A stretch of DNA of 64,000 nucleotides from Octopus sinensis (lineage: Eukaryota). The stretch's first letter is position 1. Each line of letters starts with the position of its first letter. Shown here in pieces: positions 53,831-64,000 of the stretch. Both the position numbers and the translations under genes were made by a program. Below the pieces are notes generated by a model. It was given only the letters and a program-made list of their open reading frames with translations, had not been told where the DNA came from and did not search any database. The stretch is from assembly GCF_006345805.1 (NCBI RefSeq), contig NC_042997.1, positions 121,706,001 through 121,770,000 on the forward strand, read 5' to 3'.

Positions 53831-55499
53831 GAACAGCAAATCAAATTGCAAACAAAGGTTGTTTTTTTTTTTGTTAAAGGCTGGAAATGACTGTTTCTAT
53901 TTTTTGATTTGAGGATCTTTTCACTTTCACCGGCAAATTTTAAAAATAATTTTTTGTAACTAAACTCTTTTAAACTTCGTATACTGGTAGAATGTGTCAC
54001 ATAAAACATTTTTCCTCTTGGCGTTCTTGAGAAAATTCTGTAGTTTGTAAGCTATTTGTTGTTAAATTTCTCGTATTTTGGCAATTTCAACCAATTAATG
54101 ACGTCTATTGAGGTGAAAACAATCACTGCTATTGTTTGTCAATAAGAAGTTCCGGCGGTGTATATATACACACATATGTTTAACACCTGAAACGTTTTAT
54201 ATTCTTCAAATTACATGAAATTAATTCATTTAATACTATCTACTATGTTTGCACACACAGAACTTAGCTATTCATTCTGTGCTGTTCGTATTCGCTTGAT
54301 GAAGGATATTTATGTTAAATTATATTGTCCATCTAATCTATTCGACCATTATTTGAGAGAGGCTCATGAGAGTAGAGTCCGCAGATAACTCTTACATAAG
54401 GAGTGCCTATTTCCTTGATGGCTTTCTTCAGGTGTCTGGTTCTAATCCTATTTTATACTCTATGACTTTCGATAGAGTTTTCAATAAACACACAAGGAGA
54501 AAGAATAATGAGCATTAGTCATATTTTCATATCAAAATCAAGACGTAAAATTGTTTTTAGGCAATGATACGTCAGGTTGCACGTAAAATTAAAAAGGAAC
54601 GTTGTTATGTATGTTACTTGCACAAAATTCCAAATGGGCAACGCCGAGAGCGGTGATTTATTTCTCTCTCTCTCTTTTTTTTCATTCATAGAATTTTAAT
54701 ATTTTAGACAATTGGAAATAATGTTTGATTGAAAATTAACGTCAACAATTTAATAAATATAAATGTACCGCTGGATACGTCTGTTAAATTGTGGAATTAC
54801 CCGATGTATTAACGAAAACATTAAATGAATTTCCTCTACACATCACCAGCTCATTATATATATACATATATATATATACACACACACATACATACACACG
54901 TGTGTGTGTGCATATGTGTAAGTATGCGTAATTGCAAATATATGTGTGTGTGTATACGCGTATATTTTAATACAAAAATATGCAATATATTTATATGTAT
55001 AGTTATGATAAAACAAGATACAAGCACACTGGTATTATTCTCTGCGTCGGTAAGACTAGGATTATTTGGAAGAGATGATAGAAAGATTGGCTGAAGCTGA
55101 TGGGAAACACACAACATGCTTCATACGTAGATAGAGAGTAGAGGAAGAGAGAAACTGAATGCTAGATGCAGAATGAAAGACAACTTAAAAGAAAATAAGC
55201 TGTCGGACAGATGTGGGGTTGGGTGGAATTAAGGTGAGAATGTAGCTGAAAGATGAAAATGGGTTAACTGAAGTAAGAAGAAATACAGGAGCAGAAGGGT
55301 AAACGTTCATTTAAACACGCCATGAACACTATTCTGAAGTTTGAATAAGAACCGTTGTTCCTTCTGTTTCCATTTGTATCTACGTATCTCCTCTGATCCC
55401 ATCGATATGCTTAATGTTTTAATTTGCACACAAACGAGAAAAGGGAACTAATAATGAGAAATGGTCATTTGCCTTGTAAGTAGATAATCTAATACTTAC

Positions 55500-55608
55500 G
55501 CCTCCTGAATCGAAACCGCATTGGCCTTTCTCATACCACCATTTCTGATACAGCTTATGCAAAGAACCTTCTTCTTTAAGTTCAAGAACTGCTAATGTCA
55601 CTGAATCT
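55500..55608 (-). CDS. GRIA-like: AMPA-type iGluR exon: end of the S2 ligand-binding lobe, equivalent to the vertebrate flip/flop exon
   Basis: Acceptor tttgtatttag| and donor |gtaagt; 109 nt, phase 2 in and phase 0 out. Encodes (R)DSVTLAVLELKEEGSLHKLYQKWWYEKGQCGFDSGG, matching GluA VNLAVLKL.EQG.LDKLKNKWWYDKGECG, including the conserved disulfide Cys. Confidence 0.95.
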
Positions 55609-57839
55609 CTAAATACAAAAATAAACAGATATTTTTAGTTTTCAGAATTTACGATATAAAATGTATTTACCCGACGTAAATACTTACTTTAAAATTTACA
55701 TTTAGCTCTTTTACCGTGGTCATATTCACGTGGTAAAACAAATGTATAGTACCGAAAATGTTTACTTTCACCATGAGGAATTTCTTAGAGACATCATATA
55801 TGTATGATGACGTCACTATCATCCTTTGGATATGTCTTTCGCTTTGTTTATTTAGTTCTGCTAAGGAATTAAGTACTCTGGTTTTGTTCATATGTTCCAG
55901 TCTATGAATTTGTTGTAAATTTAGGGAAAGAATTTTTAAAAAGATTCTAAGTCTGTTTGTTCACATGTGTCTGTCTCGACGAATACATAAACTGACCTGG
56001 TATGTATGAAGATATGCTGACTTAGAATTTGGTTTTTAACGTGAGTCATATGGAATGCCATAGATATTACTTCGACTGAAGAGCGAGCATCCACTCCGTG
56101 TAATTGCGTATTTAGACTGTGGGGTGTGGAATGTAACCTCCGTTGTGCAAGACATCAGAAACTTTCTAAAAATGTTTGACATATTATATGCTGTTATTGT
56201 ATTGTGTGTATACACCTCATTTAATGCTCTGCTTATAATATTCATTTGAGAAACATTGATAAAGAGACTCTCCACGTCTTTTGCAGAACTTTTGTAGACT
56301 TTATCACTTTTCTGCGGAACTTCTAAGTCTTCCTTTGAGGAATCAATACGATGCTCCAGTTTTTTGTATATTCACAATAATGGCCGGGTACTTAAATAAT
56401 CTGTAGGTCGATGTAGGAATTTGTAAGATGTGAAATTGTGGGTCGGAGGGCGTTATTTTGTCTGAATAATTTCCTAACGATGGCATAAATATATGTCTGA
56501 TTAAATACTCATATCTCTCATAAAATAATGGATCCTAATCATACTTTGCTTGCAGTAATTTTTCATTGTATTCACGTTATCTTATTTTGAAGAATTTGTT
56601 ATCATACACTATATTACGGAGTCTTGTAAAGTTTTAATATTTTTACCATAAGAAATAAGTTATTTTTACTGTTTTTATTTTGTAAATATATATATTTTTT
56701 TCATTTTTCAAATCATGTTGGATTAGTTTAAAAGACATAAGATATTTTTGCATTTGTCGTTTTCTTTGAAATATTATGCGTCGCCATTCGTATCACTGAA
56801 CTTGATATATGAAGGGCAAGTCGAGTGCTGAATTCGATTCTACCTTCTTCCCTACTTCGTGCCTGATCTCTCACTGAATGCATTACGTTAAGCAATCTAA
56901 ATGACTGCATGATACCACTCACATCACCGCTTTCTTGACTAGTAGAAAAGCCGGTAAACTTTCCTACAAGAAAGAGAATTTAACCTGTAGCGTTACTGAA
57001 ATCATTCAATGAGGGCCAAATTGTTATATATCAAGCGAGGTGATAAACACGTATACAACGCACGCACATACATTTACATATATTTGTATGCTTGTTTTTC
57101 TGTTTATATGTGTATGATATTAAACTGCATGAATTATGTATGCAGTTATTCAATGCTATTCGGCACTGGAGTTAGATAAACATTTATATGATAAATCGAT
57201 GATGTACATGTTGCTTATGATGCTTCCCTGATATCTCTTTAATTCACCTTAAATTGTTTTATTTATTCAGACATATATTTGATATGACTAGACTTATAAT
57301 TTCCGTTTATGTGTTATCACTTGCGGAACATCTGAAGGAGAGCAAACACCACATAAACAATAAATTAAGAAAACAACAAAGCATTAAATATAAAAACCGA
57401 AACATCAACAATAATAGCTACATTGTTAATGATAAAACTACATTGTGTTCTTCTTCACATGTCAATCTCCGAAATTGATCGATTTATGTAGTATAATCAG
57501 ACATTTCCCCACCTCATAGCTTCTGGTTTGTGTGGATAAGCTGGCAAAATTATATAAACAAAAGTTGAAAAACATATATGCTTAATTAAATATACCACTT
57601 CATATTAAGAACAATGTATATAGCAACAAAGGCACGCGCACGCGAACATACGCACATACACAGACACACACACAAATAGACACACTTACACATACATATG
57701 GGTGTCATTCAGGTGTCGTATAGTAATTTATTTTGCAATAAATACGTCCGAGGCGTATTTACCATTGACTTCTCTTAAAGGTTCAAGTTAAAAATTACAA
57801 CATATGTGTAATATTCCAACGGAGGCTATTCGGAAAACC

Positions 57840-58054
57840 ATTATATATATCCGGTTATATATATATATCTATATATATATACACATGCATTTATATAAAT
57901 ATATAAATGTATATATATATATATTTATGCATACATTTATGTATGTATATATATATAAATGTATGTATAATATATATATATTTATACACACATTTATATA
58001 TATATATATATATATTTATACATACATTTATGTATATATATATACATACATTTA

Positions 58055-58088
<34 letters not shown>

Positions 58089-58529
58089 TTATACATACAT
58101 TTATATATATATATATTTATACATACATTTATTATATATATATATATATTTATACACACATTTATATATATATATATATTTATACATACATTTATGTATA
58201 TATATATATATATATATACATACATTTATGTATATATATATAATAGACTTCGCCAGGTGGTGCTATTAAGTTAGACATGGCCTGGGCCAATACTGGCCAA
58301 AACCTTTCTAAGTTATTCTAAGTTATATATATATATATAGATACATTTATGTATATATATATATATTTATGCATACATTTATGTATATATATATATATAT
58401 ATATATAAATGTATGTATAAGTGTATGTATAATATATATATACATAAATGTATCTATAAATATATAAATATATATATATATCATAAATGTATCTATATAT
58501 ATAATATATATATATATAATAAATGTATC

Positions 58530-58570
<41 letters not shown>

Positions 58571-58579
58571 TAAATGTAT

Positions 58580-58617
<38 letters not shown>

Positions 58618-58625
58618 AATGTATC

Positions 58626-58657
<32 letters not shown>

Positions 58658-58670
58658 ATAAATGTATCTA

Positions 58671-58708
<38 letters not shown>

Positions 58709-58752
58709 AATGTATCTATAAATATATATATATATATATACATAAATGTATC

Positions 58753-58800
<48 letters not shown>

Positions 58801-58891
58801 AATGTATCTATAAATATATACACATACATAAATGTACGTATAGATATATATATACATACATATTTATAGATATAATTATGCATATATTTAA

Positions 58892-58964
<73 letters not shown>

Positions 58965-58970
58965 CATTTA
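57840..58970. repeat. TA-rich minisatellite arrays in opposite orientations
   Basis: Units atttatacatacatttatg on the left; reverse-complement-like cataaatgtatctataaat on the right of ~58400. Confidence 0.85.
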
Positions 58971-58984
58971 TATTTATTTATTTT

Positions 58985-60920
58985 TTTTCTGTAGTCTCAC
59001 CTCAGAGCTGCGGCTATGCTTATTCACCGCTGTTTTGCGACACTTTTATTACTGAGAGACTCGTCCATTATGTAGCACTTTGTGAAGAATGGAGTTTGAT
59101 GTAGCTACACTCATTTGCACCTCTTTTGGTGAGGTAGGTTCATCTGGGACTCTCGAGAGAAAACGGTCCAGCTTTGATACCAAAACACCTACATCTACTT
59201 TGTGCAGGTTCCTCAGACTCTTTGGGAGAATATTAAAAAGCTGTGGGTCCCTGAAGCCCAGGCTATTGCAGTAACTGGTCCTGAAACGCGAAGTCGTCGC
59301 TGGGATCTTTTGTACTATGCAGTGTCGTCCCGTTCTGGAATTGGTGTAGCTTTCAATGCCAAAATTTGTCAGAATTCCTTCCAGGATCTTCCAGATGTAT
59401 ATTACGGTATACCTCTCCCAACATCTCTCCAGGGAGTAGAGTCTTAGCTGTTTCAGCCTTTCCCAGTAGCTGAGCTGTTGAGACGATCTTTTTGCCGAAG
59501 CTTCGCTGGATTGCTTCAAGGTCCGCTGTTAATTTCACACTGTTGCGTGACCATAGCTGTGAGCAGTAATCCAGGTGGCTGAGGACGAATGTCCTTCAGT
59601 GTACCATCATGGTTTCTTTATCTCTGGTTCTGAATGTTCTTAGGATCCAGCCAGCCAGTCGTCTGCACTTTGACGCCATTCTGGTAATGTGCACTTAGAA
59701 TGAGGTATCATCACTCATACCGATACACAGGTCCCTCATTGATTTAGGCTCTGGGATTGAAATTCTCTGTGGACCAGTGTAACCTGTAAGTTTCATATTC
59801 AGTTTTGGACGCTGGTAGCGCAGGGCTTGGCATTTATTATTATCCTCAGCCCATCTGTAAATTGAGTCCAACTCCGGCTCCAGATGGGAAATATCGCTAG
59901 AGTTCTGAATTTTCTCTGAGACTTTCGTATCGTCTGCGTGGCTTGCATGGGTAGCCATCCGGGGACTTGAAGGCATAACAGTGGTCTCAAAACAGTGCCC
60001 ACTGGAACACCGCTCACTATTTCTGTTTAGCTACTTTTGTCTAACTTCTATCTTTCAGAAAGTCATGTAACCACTCTCTATATTTTTCTGTTATGTCGAG
60101 ATCACGCAGTTTGTGACGTATCATAACATGATCCACTTTGTCAAAAACTTTTGCAAAATCAATGTATATTACGTCCACATTTGAGTAGTCGAGTAACTGC
60201 CTCAACACACAGCTCTAACCTTGCCGAAAGCCATGCTGTGTGTCACTCAATAAGTTATTTTCTTCAAAGAATGCGATTAGTTTCCCTCTGACTATCCGTT
60301 CTATGACTTTGGAATCTCCCATAAGAACATTGCTCAATGGTGTTCCTGTCGCATGAGGACTTCTTTAATTCTTTTGAGGCAATCTTCAAACTTCCGTCGT
60401 CACGGATGTATACAGCAAATCTACAATGGCTCCTTTCCCTTCTGTCTGTTCGCAGTATGGCATAGTTTGGTACGTGTACTTCTGCATCCTCTATATCGGG
60501 GATGAGGTGAGTTTCCACGAGTGCTATGCATAGGGCTTGATTGCATGCAGTAAGATCTCTCAGGAAAGAAATTTTGCTTTTATTATGATGCAACAGGCCC
60601 CCAATATTTAGTAAAAGTATTGGGGTGACGACTGTGCAGGCATTAGGGGAGGCTATCCCATGTCAGTTGAATGTGCTGGTCTTGCGCAGTGGTTGGCAAG
60701 GTTCCTAGTTTGTGCTTGGTGTAGCCAGATCAGCTGCTGTACAATCTTCTGCGCCATGTACAAAAAGACTCTTGTTTAGCTGCTGCGTTGCGCATAACAT
60801 CTGAAGAGTTCATTTCTTTTGTGAATTTTTTCCTTGGCGACATGTTGTCTTTCCTCAGGGAAGTTTTCCTCCTTAAGGCCCCTATAGTTGTGGTGGGGTG
60901 TCGGTTGGGCAAACCGGCAG
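58985..60920 (-). mobile_element. CR1-type LINE remnant with internal deletion (ORF1 end, endonuclease start, RT, 3' end)
   Basis: LLLNIGGLLHHNKSK...IALVETHL (APE), VIYIDFAKVFDKVDH, SGVPVGTVLRPLL, HADDTKVS (RT), and YWERLKQLRLYSLERCWERYTVIYIWKILEG...LDRFLSRVPDEP; frameshifts and stops. Confidence 0.9.
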
Positions 60921-63606
60921 TTTTATATATATCTGCATATACCCACAGATGTGCATAAGCCCTTTTATATATCCTAATATGTACACATAACTATGTATGT
61001 ACATATAAACTAATATCTTCTCACTGTCATGCACGCTCAATTGCATACAGATACCTACACTGCTTGTGTCTACAGATTTTGCTACGCAGAATAGATTTGA
61101 CCTTCTTACCTGCAGGGTTATATTCATTGTATTCAAATATTTATCATATGTTTATAGCTCCAGTAATTACTATTTATTTAATTAAGAAATATTGAATTCA
61201 TTCACGAGAGGAAAATTATTTTGTTGATATCTGAGGTTATATTTGACGCGACATTCTGAACTATTGTGTGTCGCAATATTTTAATATTTCAACTTATTTC
61301 TACAATATTTCAACCATCGTCAATAGCTTCAGTTCCACCTTACAATATTGTCGTTTTGTGTAGAAACTGCTAACTTAGGAGTTATAGATGGTTTAGTATT
61401 ATGCCATCTTGCTTGTTATGCGAATCTTAAAAGATGATCGTGCTGCTTTTCGGCAATATTTTTGTGTTTCAGCAAACAATTGAATCAATGATTAAATCAT
61501 AATTCCATACTGATTTTATATTTTCTATTCAGTTTTATTTCTTATTCATAGATAATAAAATCTTATATACGAGTGCTGTGTATTACAAATAAAAAAAATG
61601 CACGTATATTCTCAGATTTTTTCTAAAGGCATTCGAGATTCCGTCACATGATATGGACAATAATGTCACCGCTAAGTGCTTTTACAGCACACAAAGAATT
61701 TTATCTAACTAATTTTACCGAGTTTACGTTTCGTTCTTTGATGTACGTAAAATAGATTCATGCTGCAAGCTACTTAGTATTCTCAAAATATATTACATAA
61801 TATATATACAACCTTTAATATATATAACCGAAATTAGTTTCTAAAATAATTTAATAAAACAAACTAAATATTCAACAGATACCAGCTTTACAAATTCAAC
61901 CCTTTGAAATATTCGATTACAGTTTGAACAAACACTGCCCTGAATAACAAATAACATTTGCTTTTGCAATAAATATAATTACTATTATACATTCGTTCTT
62001 CAATAATATGTAGGATGCTTCAATACTGCGAAATATATTTTCTTACAGCTTTCCAATATAAAATTCATCTGTGCTGCGATATTTTAATGTTTTCTGTTTT
62101 ACATATGAAGACAGTATTTTCTTTTATATGTAAATGATCAAAAATAGTATTTATAAGTTTTATGGCAAAAAGTTCTTTGGTGAATTCAGAGCCTTTCTTC
62201 CATAATCTTAATACTAAAGTAAAAAAAAAAAAGTCATGTTAAATAATTTGTAGTACGTAGAAAAAAATATTACACATGAATATTTGTGTTTTGTGTGTAA
62301 CGAAATCAATAATAAAAAAAGCCCAGAACAAATGGAAGAAAAGCAACAAAGTTCTTAACATAAGAATAAAACAATGCTAAAAGAATTTTAGCAATTCGGA
62401 AGGATGTTTTATTTCTCAACACATACAATCACACCCATCCACATATGTATGCATGTATATGCAATTTGTGAGAGAGTGAAGCATCTTATACAGATGCGTA
62501 GGTATTGTGTGTAACAGGTTATTTGTAATATCACTGTAGCAATGTTTCACTAGAATTTCCTGATCACATTGTCAAACTTTTATTTCCCTTATGTTACTAT
62601 AATTGACTACAGAAAAAGAAATGTTTTACTCATTTCCTACATATATTTAAAATATTTTATTTTGTATATAATTTTTCCACATTTTCTATATTTCGTCTTC
62701 GTAAAAACGTAATATACAATAAATGTGAACACCATTTGCATAGTCTAACTTACAAATAAACAACAAAATATGAATGCATAAGAAGCAAAATTTCTTACAA
62801 AATTACAACTTCACAGCACTTCGTAGATAATTGTCTGCTCAAAGTGCAAAAATACTAAATCACATTTGCACACACAATACTATAGGTATGTAATCATTAT
62901 ATCTCTTTCTCAATCACACATAAACATGGTATATATATATATATATATTGTGTGTGGTTGTTAGAAAAAGAGATAGACAGATTATAAGTGTTTAGTACTT
63001 TATGCAAATGTCATCTATTATACACACATACACACACATCGTGCTTGTTAGCTTGCTGTAGCTTTTCACAAATATCTGGCAATTAAATTCTGTAATACTA
63101 ATATTTGTACTATCATTCAGTTAGTTTTCGAAGTATTTAATATCCTGAGTGAATAATATATTTGCAGACGGTGTGTGACAATCACAATTTTATCACTATA
63201 TTACGAAAAAGAACAAATATATTTGGGTCAATAAAATGTATTTTAGTGAAGAAAGAAAGCAAAAAAAAAATTGAACTAAAAATTTGCAATACACCTTCAT
63301 ACAACTGTTTTTATTTTATTTTTGGCGTTCCTGAAGACAATCGTTGACACCAAAGTAACAATTTTATTTCAAAAACAGTTACCGCATTTGCTGGTGTATT
63401 ATAAAAGCTATTCTGTTTTTATTAAAATAAAAGAAAAAAACTTTAAAATGGTTCTGCGTGTTTTACGCTAAAATTATTTTTTATATAAAATTATTTCCCC
63501 CACAAAACGAAAATTTCTTAAATACTTTTACTAGTAAATTGATGTATTGTAATATAAAGAAAGTTACGTTGTTATGTATATTGAACATTTTATATATATA
63601 TATATA

Positions 63607-64000
63607 TAGGCGCAGCTGTGGCTGTGTGGTAAGTAGCTTGCTTACCAACTATATGGTTCCGGGTTCAGTCCCACTACGTGGCACCTTGTGCATTTGTGAG
63701 TGGATTTGGTTGACGGAACCTGAATGAAGCCCGTCGTATATATATATATATATATATATACACGACGGTCAACCAAATCCACTCACAAATACATCAAAAT
63801 GTCCCGGACCCTTCTGACTATACACATGCATATATTCTTTTATTTATTTCAGTCATTTTGACTGAGGCCACGCTGGAGCACTGCCCTTTGTAAACTTAGT
63901 GCTTATTCTATCGGACACTTTTGCCGAACAGCTAGGTTACTGGGACGCAAGCGCACCAGCATCGGTTACCAAGCAATTTTGTGGAGGGCACATACACACA
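63607..64000. mobile_element. SINE family B pieces in both orientations (5' part on +, 3' part on -)
   Basis: ggcgcagctgtggctgtgtggtaagtagc...ccgggttcagtccc at 63609, then tttcagtcattttgactgaggccacgctggagcactgcc from ~63847. Confidence 0.75.

Noticed and set aside
51703-55499. A second, mutually exclusive flip/flop-like exon
   Set aside because: No second KWW-encoding segment with splice sites was found by eye; a translated search should confirm this.
61100-61140. Minus-strand CAG|gtaag donor as the end of the upstream S2 exon
   Set aside because: The preceding sequence has no GYGIA-type S2 motif and no acceptor.

Overview
Strongly AT-rich, microsatellite-dense eukaryotic DNA. The SINE families, (TA)n/(CA)n load and gene content look like a coleoid cephalopod, probably Octopus (inference). 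The only host gene I can support is the 3' end of an AMPA-type ionotropic glutamate receptor on the minus strand. Four in-phase exons (55608-55500, 51702-51571, 49206-49102, 45844-45773) encode the end of the S2 ligand-binding lobe, M4 and a cytoplasmic tail ending in -TQV*. The upstream exons were not found and probably lie beyond base 64000. The rest is intronic or intergenic: three tRNA-derived SINE families, CR1-type LINE remnants, R4/Dong-type retrotransposon remnants, a Helitron-like insert, an internally deleted mariner, two Mutator-type foldback elements with 9-bp TSDs, a ~490-bp palindrome carrying two hammerhead-ribozyme-like cores, local duplications and many microsatellites. I saw no rRNA, intact tRNA or CRISPR array. 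Most ORFs in the supplied track are translations of simple repeats. I found no clear-cut new biological system; the best leads are the receptor splicing features and the hammerhead-bearing palindrome.
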